59,255 bases of DNA, filler included, from Sphacelaria rigidula (GCA_964200075.2; 7 parts of 7 records of this genome joined end to end with filler, not necessarily neighbours in it), one strand, 5' to 3'. Shown: positions 1-11,449, counted from the whole stretch's first letter. Translations and numbers: made by a program. Notes: generated by a model from the sequence alone, not told the origin.

Positions 1-922
1 CCTTGCCGCACCGCTTGTTCCTCACATCGACCATGCCCGCTCGGGCGTGTGTCGCGCAGAACTCCGCCTTCTTGCTGCCGGCTGGACCGAACGATGGCAT
101 TGTGGAGCAGCCCTCCTTGACGCACCGCTTGCTCCTCACATCGACCATGCCCGCTCGGGCGTGTGTCGCGCAGAACTCCGCCTTCCTGCTGCCGGCTATA
201 CCGAACGATGGTTGCGTGGAGCAGCCCTCCTTACCGCACCGCCTGTTGTTCACGTTGACCATGCCCGCTCGGGCGTGTGTCGCGCAGAACTCCGCCTTCT
301 TGCTGCCGGCTGCACCGAACGATGGCATTGTGGAGCAGCCTTCCTTGCCGCACCGCTTGTTCCTCACACTGACCATGCCCGCTCGGGCGTGGGTCGCGCA
401 GAACTCCGCCTTCTTGCTGCCGGCTGCACCGAACGATGGCATTGTGGAGCAGCCCTCCTTGACGCACCGCTTGCTGTTCACATTGACCATGCCCGCTGGG
501 GCGTGTGTCGCGCAGAACTCCGCCTTCTTGCTGCCGGCTGCACCGAACGAGGGCATTGTGGAGCAGCCCTCTTTGCCGCACCGCTTGCTCCTCACATCGA
601 CCATGCCCGCTCGGGCGTGTGTCGCACAGAACTCCACCTTCTTGCTGCCGGCTATACCGAACGATGGCTGTGTGGAGCAGCCCTCCTTGCCGCACCGCCT
701 GTTGTTAACATTGACCATGCCCGCTTGGGCGTGTGTTGCGCAGAACTCCGCCATCCTACTGCCGGCTGAACCGAACGATGGTACTGTGGAGCAGCCCTCC
801 TTACCGCACCGCTTGTTCCTCACGTTGACCATGCCTGCTCGGACGTGTGTGGCGCAAAATTCGGCCTTTCTGCTACCCGCTATGCCGAATGATGATCTCG
901 TGGTGCAACTCGTGTGGATGCA
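1..922. repeat. 114-bp coding tandem repeat (about 8 units)
   Basis: CCTT(G/A)xCGCACCGC recurs at 1, 115, 229 and onward with a 114-bp period. Confidence 0.95.
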
Positions 923-934
923 CATTTCAGGCAT
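1..934 (-). CDS. EsV-1-7 cysteine-rich repeat protein, 5' part (runs off the contig end)
   Basis: Manual minus-strand translation from ATG 934: MPEMCIHTSCTTRSSFGIAGSRKAEFCATHVRAGMVNVRNKRCGKEGCSTVPSFG... It has 8 complete 38-aa units plus the start of a ninth, matching C-x4-C-x16-C-x2-H-x12 (the EsV-1-7 motif). There is an in-frame TAG upstream and no stop before position 1, which is probably why the ORF track missed it. Confidence 0.9.
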   Translation of the reverse strand, partial: MPEMCIHTSCTTRSSFGIAGSRKAEFCATHVRAGMVNVRNKRCGKEGCSTVPSFGSAGSRMAEFCATHAQAGMVNVNNRRCGKEGCSTQPSFGIAGSKKVEFCATHARAGMVDVRSKRCGKEGCSTMPSFGAAGSKKAEFCATHAPAGMVNVNSKRCVKEGCSTMPSFGAAGSKKAEFCATHARAGMVSVRNKRCGKEGCSTMPSFGAAGSKKAEFCATHARAGMVNVNNRRCGKEGCSTQPSFGIAGSRKAEFCATHARAGMVDVRSKRCVKEGCSTMPSFGPAGSKKAEFCATHARAGMVDVRNKRCGK

Positions 935-1249
935 CCCCTTCACAACTGCACTAGAGAAAGGACAAGGTCGCGGTGGTTCCCGCTGCTCCTGCTGCTGCTG
1001 CTGCTGCTACGATCCGCCCTGTCACAGACTCGTTCACGAGACCCGCTGACCAGTTCAGGAGCACCCTGCACCAATCAACCAGCAAAGATAGTCTTAGGTC
1101 GTGCTCCTGTGAAAGATAGGTGATCTGTCATGACAGTATCTCGGTCGCATATGGGCATGTGGGCTAGAGTGAACTGACACATCAACCGTTGGGTTAGCAG
1201 GCGACAGAGGTAAGCACACTGTGGAAGGGTTGTTACAGGGAAGGGGAGG

Positions 1250-2195
1250 CGTACTCACCTGTTGCTTGCCTTATTCGTTTGACGATTCACCACGCATCCC
1301 TTTCGAGACGGAGCCCCGTTCCTACTCCTCATAGAGCCATCTTCAACATTCCGGCGCTCACTACATTTCTTCCATACATTACACAAAAACCTGCGACATA
1401 TCTTATTCCCGTCATGTTTCGCCGTCTGTGGCCACCATTTATCTCATATTATAGCCATCGTTTTCTCCCTACTATCTAATGCATCAAACGATTTCATGCC
1501 ACCTTCGTTCACATCCCGCATTTCCCCCTCTAGCATGTCCCGTTCCACCTTCTATAACTCACATCCTGCCACTATTGACTTTTGCTCTCTATTCCTTTGC
1601 CATAGAGGCAGTTCCGTCCATCTACCTCCTTCTTTCGGCGACTGGTGTATACCTTTATTATTTCTGGCAGGCCCAGGTCCCCCACCTGAAATCGTAATGT
1701 CATATTTTTCGCAGCGTCCATGGGGCCATGCAAATAAGCCTTCATTCCGATACCTTCCCTCAACTATCCGTATATTTCCAGGTGTTCTTTCTCGTCTACT
1801 TTGCGTGTGAGCGCTCGTTTCCCCCTTATTTCGATCATATCTGTTACTTTTGCCTTGTACCCCGCGTTTTTATCTATGGACAGTATTTCGTCTTGGTATC
1901 CTCCTATCTCGTTCCACACTTTCACGACTTTTTTGTCCCACCTTTTAGCACGCCCTTTCGTACCTTTCTTCCACACAGTCCTACCATTAACAGCTGGCGA
2001 TGTCTTTCTCTGCATGTTCTTCACGATATATTGACGTCGCAATTTCCTCATGTCTCTGATTGTCAGACGTGAGTACATTCCCAACTCTGCTCTCATAACT
2101 GTACATTACTCGTCGTTTTCGAGCATCCAAGTATCTTCTTAGCTGCTGTCACCTCTACTGTTTCCAACCTCTGCACTAACTTCATGTTCCCCTCC
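1250..2195 (-). mobile_element. 5'-truncated, decayed non-LTR retrotransposon (LINE) 3' portion
   Basis: Frameshifted minus-strand pieces (ETVEVTAAKKILGCSKTTSN / RAELGMY...KLRRQY / GMKAYLHGPMDAAK..LRFQVGDLGLPE) look like a post-RT LINE C-terminus. They end in a 3' motif also found at 8483-8587, 14713-14780 and 25283-25341. Confidence 0.7.
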
Positions 2196-2779
2196 CATAC
2201 TTTCATGAGAAGCGTAGTCTTGATACGTGTTTTTGCAGCGCGGGGGGCACGGCTGAAGCAAAGGAAGGAGTGTCGAAGTCTCAAGATGCACAGACGTCTA
2301 CAGTATCGAGGACGCTGCAGTAGTGGGCAGTCTAACTATTTAGGGATGTTGAGAGGTTTTCCTCGCGTACTACTCTTCGATAAAACTGAAATTGCTAGCG
2401 TCGGTAGATTTTGGTACAAGAAAACAGATCATCTTCGAAATACAGAGCTCAAGTCAGTTTTATTTGGTGTTATCGGGCGAAGGGGGTGAATACCCAGTTC
2501 ATCAGGAGGGTGTTATTGACCGTGAAACGCAGTTAACTTTGAGTATATATTACTTCTTCTTGGAATGTCGAACGGATACAAATATCTTGAGATCCTCGAT
2601 GTGATCAGGGGTGGCAAGCAAAAAGAGCCCAAGAAAATCAAAAGTACGAAAATATCACAAAATGCCACAAAATGAATAGTGAGATCGCCCACTACTGTAG
2701 TATGGTTTCTCCACCCATCCGATTTACGTGACACACGACGCGCATGCGATCATTCTGTTCTGTGCACCTCACATCGGGG

Positions 2780-3600
2780 TTACAGGCTGGATGAACCATC
2801 AGTTTATGTGAGTGATACTCCTCAGGATATAAACGATTGATGACGAAGGCCTACACCAGGAATATGGTGATGTGGAGGTGGGCAGCACACGCCGATCCAT
2901 CACGTTTTCAGGGTACTGCCATGCGCTGTGGGGAGACATCATCGTAACCCGTGTGGGTGCGCAAGGGTGCTCTACGCTAGGTATGGTGGCGGTGGCCACT
3001 GGCAGGACGGTTGTGCATACCACTGCACCCACCGTATGGCACTAGCCAGGCGACATGATGATAGTCAGCTGTGCCTACCTCAGTCGCCCCTGTCACCACC
3101 TGCTGAAACAAGACAGACCTTCGAACTAGGAAGCGTTTTGGATGTGCACCCCCCTCGAAAAATGGTTTTACTTCATCGATGTCCTCCTTGCCTGAAGAAT
3201 GTAAGCGCTGATACCTGAAACGCATTCACTGGATGGGATGAACTCGAAGGAGCGCGCTGAGTGGTGGGCTCGGAAATAGTCTGATACGTCACCTCGATAT
3301 AGCAACAAGGACTCTTGCACATGATCTCACCAACCGGCACCCTGCGGCACAAGCTGTTGGCATGACACGAGACAGGAGCTTTCGACGGGTCATGCAGTGA
3401 ACGTGCGGAGGCATTAATATCCAGGGGCTCGAATAGCTGTTGCCCGTGCGCCCATTTCCCACGTGATGCAGCATAGAAGCACAGGGCTTGGTGTAATCGG
3501 CACTCACTCTGCTCTGGGCGAGCAGATTTGTTGTGTGGATACGCAAGGCACAAACGACCTGCTCGTGTCTTCGCCGCTTCGGGTGACAACAACATGTCAT
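2780..3600 (-). mobile_element. Possible highly decayed Ty3/gypsy RNase H-integrase relic
   Basis: Fragments QVVCALR..LLAQ, SPWILM...RRKLLSRVMP and GAVVCT/PASGHRH loosely resemble gypsy RNase H and integrase Zn-finger motifs in the expected order. The match is weak. Confidence 0.3.
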
Positions 3601-4169
3601 GATTATTCAGAGGCGGAGATTCGCAAGTAACAAATATGCTGGGAAATGCAAGCAATCGACGCCTCCCATATTTGGGGTACAGCTGGAATGACGCTCAGGG
3701 CAATGAATCGTGTCTCGACGATGAGTACACGGAGTTGTCAGGGCAGCGACACGGCGTGGTGGATGGTATCTGTTACAAAAAAAATGACAAATTCAACAAT
3801 ATTTCTCTTCGAGACTCCTGTAGAATAAAATGGAATGGCGTGCTGGAGAAGAGGCGTGTCGTCCAAAATCGAGAACGAAGCGATCATCGAATCAATTCAC
3901 CAGCAGGAATCGACATGACAACATGATGATTTGAGCTGCTTTGGGAGACACGCACACCGAAGCTGCTACCTTGAGAAAGGGGGGACAGAAGTCAACAACA
4001 GGTGGAGAACAAATGTACGGGTGAAGACAGACCTTCAGAGACAGCTGTAGAAACACGCAAACACTAACGTAATGATACAAACGGCACAAAACGGCATAGC
4101 AGATTTCACCACACATGAATAGATGTGCTACTAGTTTTTCCCCGACGGCTGAAGGGAGTCTTAGGCTGG

Positions 4170-4510
4170 AAGTTTCGGCATGATAATACGAACCAAGCGG
4201 GCTTTTCTTTACCGGGAATGTGTTCCTCAGTAATATGAACATTTTTCTGGTTTACGCACAAATATACGAATTCACCATCGTACCATACCGCGGAAACCAA
4301 AATTCGTACACCCCGTTCACAATTAAAACCGCGTCGCTGATCTCTGTTACCGTGTCGTACCGTATCGTCAAACAGATTATGTATACCACGTAATACCGCG
4401 CCGTGAATAACACAGACCATACAGTGCAGATACCGTAAAAAACACCGTGGCCCATGACGAACTCGCCATAAAAAACCCGCGGCAACTGTACTTTTTTTGC
4501 CCAGGGTGCA
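4170..4510 (-). mobile_element. DNA-transposon end fragment with ACCG/CCGT subterminal repeats
   Basis: Dense TACCG/ACCGT/ACCGCG motifs end abruptly at ...GTACTTTTTTGCCCAGGGTG. No partner TIR was found. Confidence 0.35.
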
Positions 4511-5175
4511 AATGACACCCCAAACTGTGGTTCGATAGATCGGGACAATCATCTATGATTTTTTCAAAGTCATTGATAATGAGGCCGCCGCCTATGATCC
4601 GACGACAAAGCAAAAGGTGGTCTTGTTGTTGAGACCGTTGCTTATGATCCGAAGACTAAGCAAACGGTCGGCCAGTTACGGTCTTCCGGGAACGGCGCTT
4701 TTCGAAACCGTTTCGTACAACTCCGAAAGAAAAACGGCCCGTGCGCCCGCCCACCGTGATACTTGAAATGGTTTATCTGGTGTGCGAAACAGCGGCCGCT
4801 GTACTGTTCATTGTCCGTATTTCTGTACTATTTTGCCCCATCTGCACTGTTCCACAGCACGTACCCTGCAGTATGCTGCCTCCGTTGTGCTGCATGCACG
4901 TACCGAACAACCATGTGCTACACCTGTGGGTCCTGGATGTACAGTTACACAGCGGCACTGGCTGCAATGTAGTGTTGCTGCATCGTACACTGTGCTCTCT
5001 GTACTCGACGTGTGCAGCTGTATCCTCGTGTACGTACTGTCTGCACAGCTGGCCGCACTATGCTTGATGGACGCGTTTTTGTGATCTCCTGGGTCAACAA
5101 ACTTCGATTTCTATGACAACAAGTCGTTTTCATCAACAAAATGGCGACGAGAAACGTCTATCGGAGGCGATCCCC

Positions 5176-5432
5176 TGTAGAATTCTATCACTCAAGATCA
5201 GATTGCCATGTGGACTCCTCCCATCACGGGCACATGGGCTTCAGCAGCTTTAGTTATTTATGCATTAATCCTCAGTATAGTACAGGAGAACAGGACCATA
5301 ACCTCTCTCCGCCAGAGTAGCAAAACCGGCTCTACTCGTCATGGAGGTCACCATCACAGAGTCCGGCAATCAGATCCGCGACTCCATCTATAATGTCCCT
5401 GACCTTAGGTAACAATGGTGGCCAGGTCTACA
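5176..5432 (-). repeat. 3' LTR (TGTAGA...TCTACA), 257 bp
   Basis: Inverted 6-bp termini, preceded on the element strand by a PPT-like GGGGGTGC. Homologous to 36515-36748. Confidence 0.8.
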
Positions 5433-8089
5433 GCACCCCCGAAACTCCCTGCTACCGACAAGTAGTTACATCAGAGCTTGACAAACTCAGACATCATTGG
5501 TGCCTGATAGAACAGTCGTTCTCCGCAAAGAATAGCAATCTCTTCCGCTGCTTTCGACAACAGCTCCATACAAGCTTGCCCCGCTTCCGAACAACTCGCA
5601 AGAGATCCCGAGAAAATATCGTCCATCATGAACATGCAGTCACGCTACTTGCACCACTTCGAGCTACAAAGCGATAGCTAGCGCCGAATTCTCAAATCTT
5701 TGCCCAAAACAAGTCTCTTGACTCTTCATCGGCACGAAACTGGAAATGTCAGCGAACGTCAAATTCCAAAGCATTCATGACTCATCGTCCCTCTCATCCG
5801 AGACAAGATACTTCACAACATACGAAATGCACTTTTGTACATTCAACACCTGCGCAACGAAGTGCAACAGCCAAATGATATATCATCCTCACGCTAGAAG
5901 GAAATATGCACCCAACTCGTCTAGAACGCATCTGGCCTCTTGCTTCTGCAACACCGTAAAAAACGTGTGCATCGCATGCCTCCCCGCCGTCAAAGCTTCA
6001 ATGCTTCAACTTGCCATCATATTATTCAGACAATCAAAGGAAAGTCATGACTCAAACCGCTATTCAAGTCATGCATACTAATCCAACAACAGCGAACGGA
6101 CCTCGACCTCAGCCATCATTGATCACCCCTCGTGATTTCGTTTTCGAACTCATGGACACATCATCCACATGCTCCTTCTGACATGAACGAAAAACCAACC
6201 ACGTGCTCGTTCAAACACGTGCCAATCCATACAAAAACGTGTCACGGTCAAAGATCATTGATGCATGCGCGCATAATGTCTTCATCTTCAACCACCGGAA
6301 GCACTCGCGTCATACCTGCTCACATACTACGAGCCTACGCATTTCGTACCTTTGAGATCACTTTTTACGCAAACAGCAGCAATCTATATATCCTGCAGTC
6401 AGTACGTGCAAACCGCACAGATATGATTCGACTGTGTTCCTGCGCGAACAATATTATACGAGCTTCTCTTCATTTTAGCATACAGCAGTATATTGAAAAC
6501 TGCCCCATCCTAGATCGTCACCAGATACCATTCATATCAGTACCATTTGAGCAAATTCCCACATGCCCGCAAAATTTCCACTCAGCATATGAAAATCCGC
6601 ACATGTATCCCAATATTTCACTCAATACATGCAATGCCACCTTTCTCGCAGCAAACACCATGCATCGTCCGTGCCAACTAGATCAGCACAACACAAACAT
6701 GCCAAATATCCACGTGTACGCCAGAGTTTTACCCTGCACACGTGATACGATCATACTCGCTCAACAACCATGTTTCACGCGCAGGCATGACCACAAACCA
6801 CACAATAACAAGCTGAAACGATTCTCAAAACGATTCGCGAATACCAGTTATAATGTGTCTCCTCATTCTCAACAAGCACTCAATCACCACAGTACTCGCT
6901 CCTCAACATCATCACCCAACTCGGCGCTCACCACAACAGTAAACACCTCAGGTAATGTCTTCTTTGTAGTCCTCCAGCCCGCTCCTGAGAAAAAGCAGCA
7001 CTCGAACGACAACTCAGTGCACAGCGTAAAGCAGCCTGTCCTTTTGGACACCACCTCCCTGCACCTTCAGTCTTGCTACACCTGGCACCCCCATGGTGTA
7101 GCTCAACACGCCGCTCAAAGGTATACTCGAACCGCCAAACCAATGCGACAAGTCCTCTGCCTCCACAGATACTTGGGCAGTACTGAACAACTGTGCTTCA
7201 GCCAGTTTTACAGAGGAAACCGAAGGCGAAACGGGAACAGCTACACAGTCCCGACCAGCAACACCTCCTGATGGCACACTATCGTCCTCAAACACCCCGC
7301 GGCGAAACAGTGGAGACACCTCCGCCATTGCCGCCAAATACGCCGAAGCTGTCCACGTGAAGAGCAGTGCACACGACCACCACAACACCACGCGACGCTC
7401 GTCGTCGCCGTCAGAGTTGTGATTGCTAACAGCATCACGAGCTCGTAGCTAGCGCTGCGTACCCGCTTCACGCGGGTCACACGCCCCCGCTGTTTCGATC
7501 ATGCAAGGCGTGTCCACAGCTACGCGCTGCTCCGGCGGCAATTCCGCCAACCCGGCATCCACCTGTCCTTCAAGCAGACACCCCTGCGAATCATCTGAAC
7601 GATCTCCCACGATGTCACTGGAGCAGATAGACTCACCCTGAGCATCGCAAGCCCCAAGCTTGGTCTGCTCACTCTCATCACGAAGATAACACCCCCTTGC
7701 AGCGGTGAGCTTGCAAGGTGTGTCCCCAATCACGCTCTGGTCCGGCGGCCAAAAGCAACCTGGACCTTTGCCGCTCAGCGCTAGCTCATCGGAGCAAATT
7801 GGCTTCGCGCTTCCAACAGCAGCGGTGGCAGCGTTTGGTTCAAATATTCCCGCTCCAGCCACCACCTCCTGCTCAGCGCACTCCTGAATGGCACAGCGGC
7901 AGCTGAGCTGCCTGCAGTCTGCTCGAGCTGCGTGGCATGTTCGCCCTCTCCGACAGCAATACCAGCAGCATCCAAACCAATGCTTACCATCGTACTATCG
8001 GCGGGCGCGCTCTCATGCCTACCCGTTTTGACAGACACGTGTTGCGTCTCCTTTCCGCTCTGCACAGTGGAAACAGCTGCCTTCTATCG

Positions 8090-8381
8090 TGGTTCAAGAC
8101 GCGCCCTACCGACTGCACGTTCAGCGAGTGCACTATCGCGCCTGTCCCCTCGGGCAGACACATGCTTCTCGGCTTTTGCAGTACAAGCAGCTGCCCTGTA
8201 TCGTTGTTTCAAACGTGCAGCACCTACTGGGCGTTCGGCGGGTGCACTGTAGTGCCTGTCCCCTCGGCCAGACACATGTTTCTTGGCTGTCACAGGGCAA
8301 GCAGCTGCCCTGTATCGTTGTTTCAAACGTGCAGCACCTACTGAACGTTCGGCGGGTGCACTGTAGTGCCTGTCCCCTCGG
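8090..8381. repeat. 114-bp tandem repeat inside the LTR element, truncated by the contig end
   Basis: CCTGTCCCCT occurs at 8141, 8255 and 8369. The same array begins contig 5 at 33921. Confidence 0.9.
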
Positions 8382-8481
8382 NNNNNNNNNNNNNNNNNNN
8401 NNNNNNNNNNNNNNNNNNNNNNNNNTTAATTAATTAANNNNNNNNNNNNNNNNNNNNNNNNNNNNNNNNNNNNNNNNNNNN
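8382..8481. other. Artificial contig spacer
   Basis: N44-TTAATTAATTAA-N44, which puts stops in all six frames. Confidence 0.99.
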
Positions 8482-8482
8482 G

Positions 8483-8587
8483 TTGGAGGTGTCTCTATCA
8501 GGAGTAGGGACGGTGCTCCGTCTCGAAAGGGGTGCGTGGTCAATGGTCGAACGACTAATAAGGCAAGCAACACATGAGTACGCCCCC
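8483..8587 (+). mobile_element. LINE 3' terminus (same family as 1250-2195)
   Basis: GGAGTAGGGACGGTGCTCCGTCTCGAAAGGGGTGCGTGGTCAATGG...GCAACACATGAGTACG followed by CCCCC. Confidence 0.75.
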
Positions 8588-8599
8588 ATCGCAGGATCA

Positions 8600-8975
8600 T
8601 TTTCCTGTGGCACCACTTCCAAATACCACACTGTAAGCACGAAGCTGTGGAGGCACTTTATTGTGGCAAAGTCCTCGGTCAGGCCAAGCATGTATAGCTC
8701 GTCACACAGGTTGTAAGTCTCAACAGCCTGGTCGTTTGCCAGCTTGCCCGATGCTTCCTTTACTTGTTCCATCGATAGCTCGGCCGCGAGCTCTTCGTTC
8801 CCCGGCATTTGTTCTATGGTATCGATGGCAGAGTTTTTGAGCGTCGACGAGATTATGCCCAAAAGCTTCCCGAACCACCTTTTCCACCTCTATAGGACGT
8901 TGCTTGTCCCGCAACAGCTCGCCAGACGCGCTCCTGATATAGGTTCGATCACACCCCTTATTCCCTTCCATTTCC
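8600..8975 (-). mobile_element. Decayed RTE-like LINE fragment (linker N-terminal to RT)
   Basis: YIRSASGELLRDK...EQVKEASGKLANDQAV...ELYMLG...VWYLEVVPQE resembles the 'AI..L.NGKA.G.D....E......W....VP.EW' region that precedes non-LTR RT domains. Confidence 0.65.
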
Positions 8976-9426
8976 AAGGAGATCGTCCGTGTGAGTTTTC
9001 AGAGATTTCTGAATGTTTCGTGGGCTGTTTGACGAATCGATAACCCTTCCAGGAATCAAAGTGGCCGTCCGAAAAAAGTCGTGAATGGCGGCGATATCCT
9101 CTCGGGAAAAAGTACCGCGAGACTCTCCGGAGTGGCACAGTCCGCGGTGCCCCGTACTACCACTGTACTGTACTCCAGCGAACACTGGCGCTGAATCGCC
9201 AACATTTCTTCTTCATAGCTTGTTTCAATTCAGAAGTTGTTTTCCCTCGAACTGTCGCGCCACGATGTCACGATCCATTCTTGCTGTACATCACCCACAT
9301 ATCGATACATCGAGTTCTTCTGCAACGAGTGTTTCTTCAGCGCCGAATGGCGGTGTGTGCGCGTCTCAGCAGGACCAACTACTACGCAAATGAAAAACGG
9401 CCAAAAACATGTGCAGGGGAAGACAC

Positions 9427-9643
9427 TGTAATGCGTGAGAGGACCGCGTGCTTAGAGGACGGCATCGAAATTTGAACATCCCCATGGTTAGGGTTAGGGT
9501 TAGGGTTAGGGTTAGTGTTGGGGTTATGGTCAGGGGCGTGGTACCTGCAGGGACTGGCCCGATTGGTTTTGAAAAACTTCGATCCTGCGATGTATTGAAC
9601 GACGGCGCGGTCCTCTAAGCACGCGGTTCTCTCATGCATTACA
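9427..9643. mobile_element. MITE with 34-bp TIRs (TGT...ACA), 5-bp TSD GACAC and internal (TTAGGG)n
   Basis: TIRs at 9427-9460 and 9610-9643 differ by 2 mismatches. GACAC is at 9422-9426 and 9644-9648. Four perfect and four degenerate TTAGGG units lie at 9488-9535. Confidence 0.9.
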
Positions 9644-11108
9644 GACACCACCAAACAAACGGAAATTTCGGACAGCGTTCTCTCCATCTTTAATAATAGG
9701 AAATTTATGCCAGATACCGTCGCGATGGGCAATTGTTGATATATCAAATCCGTTTCCCATATTCAGGGCTTTCGTTCAAGCTATGGATCATTTGTGAACT
9801 CCTGCTATATCAAGATATACGTCCTCACATTATCGGCACCAAATCACAGCTTTTTAGATTTCGCGCTGTTCGTACGAGGCTCGTAACGAAAACAAATGAC
9901 CACGATTTGCGTAATGTAATTCAATGCGTCTTAATGAATTCAACACAGAGGTTACCCTACAAGTGTGGAGCCAACAACACAGCGAATAAGAGGAGATCGG
10001 GGTCGCCGCTGCACATAGTTGCAAGCTCAGTCAGGGCTCCGAAGCACAGCGCTTGGTCAAGTCACTGCATTACATAACCGGTGAGATCACATCATGTACT
10101 TGAAATTTTCTCATGTGCGATGCTTCTCTATCGCACCGAGTGTAGGGGCCTAAAAATACGTACCTGTGTTGGCTGTGTTCAAATGTTCGTTCTTGACGTT
10201 TGTTGAAGCGCAGCAGGAACGCAATGGGAGAACAAATTATCTCACAGGACTCGCGAACTATAGAAAGAAGAATGACAGGCAAGGGATCCGTTGAGCCAGC
10301 ACCAGCACTCACTCATCCGGTCTATCGGAGGAACTACTACACGTCACAGACTGCACGCGCATAGTAGTACCTACTCCTTGCAGATGATCCTCACTTGTCA
10401 AAACCCCGTACATGCATTGTAGCCTCAGCAGGGTCATACATAGTGCACGTTGTTACTCTAGACCAAGTCGCTCTACTACACTGTATGGACTGTGCTGTGG
10501 GCACTGTTCCTGCGCTATCATTGAGGTGGTCTTAGAGCTACTCGTCTAGTGTCACGCGACACACATGGCTACGAACATATCACGGAAAATACTGTTCTGA
10601 AAATACCAGCACCAGCACCAGCACACGGTGTGGAGCATGGTTTAGTGTCACGTTTTTTACCACCTATATCAAAATCAATACACGATGGGATGAGCAAGCT
10701 TAATGAAGCATGAAATCTCATTCATGTTGGCCTCCAACTACAGAAATAATCAGTTTCTCCCTCTCACAAGAAGTGCAGCTCAACTGCACTCATCGCAGCG
10801 CACAAACTGACGATTAATGTTTCCCAACCTCAGGCAGAACAGATGCCGATATGACTACAATACGAGCTGGGCCAGCCAGCAGTAGGTAGTTTCCTCGCTC
10901 AGGCGACTCACGGCTTAAAATTAGGAGTTGGACGCTCAAATTTTTGCAGTAGCTTATCATGATCGACATGCAGAACATCCCGAGAGCAGCAAAGAAAAAA
11001 AAATGAAATGAGAGAGTTATGTGGACTTGAAATTCCAGCAAAAACAAGATAATGTCAGAAGTCCAGGAAACGAATGGGAAACTGCAGCTGCCCTGGGATG
11101 TATCGTTT

Positions 11109-11292
11109 CCTCAGACCAACTCTTATGGGAGCGTTTAGAACTTTATTTTGCAATAATTTTAAACGTTTTTTTTTTTTCTTCGCCGCAGTTGTGTATTTTG
11201 TGCCCGTTCACCATGATGGCAGAAGAAAAAAAACTCCACTGAATTTCTTGCAAAATTAAATTTCAAACGCTCCCGTAAGAGTTGGCCTCAGG
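11109..11292. mobile_element. MITE (about 185 bp, about 50-bp TIRs)
   Basis: CCTCAGACCAACTCTTATGGGAGCGTTT... pairs with ...AAACGCTCCCGTAAGAGTTGGCCTCAGG. Confidence 0.8.
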
Positions 11293-11404
11293 TGCAGAAA
11301 GTCTTCGTCAGATTTCAGCTCAAGAGTCGTCGAATTGGGTCGTGACGCTGCTGCACCCCACATATACCCAGGCGGGGTGATTGCTGAGGTGGAACCTACC
11401 GCAT

Positions 11405-11407
<3 letters not shown>

Positions 11408-11448
<41 letters not shown>
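11408..11448. repeat. (AC)n microsatellite
   Basis: Direct reading. Confidence 0.95.

Positions 11449-11449
<1 letters not shown>

Larger units (their letters stand above)
5176..8381 (-). mobile_element. 3' region of an LTR retrotransposon, copy 1 (extra ORF region, PPT, 3' LTR)
   Basis: Colinear diverged homology with 33921-36748 that ends at TCTACA. A purine tract GGGGGTGC precedes TGTAGA at 5432. Confidence 0.8.

Noticed and set aside
1-934. Integrated phaeovirus (EsV-1-like provirus)
   Set aside because: No other NCLDV genes are visible. EsV-1-7 repeats are common in host genes, and the flank is ordinary TE-rich DNA.
3-1049. 348-aa and 240-aa plus-strand repeat ORFs
   Set aside because: They are antisense shadows of the minus-strand EsV-1-7 frame, which carries the recognisable Cys/His motif.
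8090-8381. Link between the two 114-bp arrays (EsV-1-7 and the LTR element)
   Set aside because: They have the same period, but I see no sequence similarity and no C-x4-C-x16-C-x2-H pattern. Treated as coincidence.
8426-8437. Regularly spaced TTAATTAATTAA palindromes as biological sites
   Set aside because: Each is embedded in N-runs and is a synthetic six-frame stop linker.
9488-9535. True chromosome end
   Set aside because: The repeats are short, internal, and enclosed by TIRs and a TSD.
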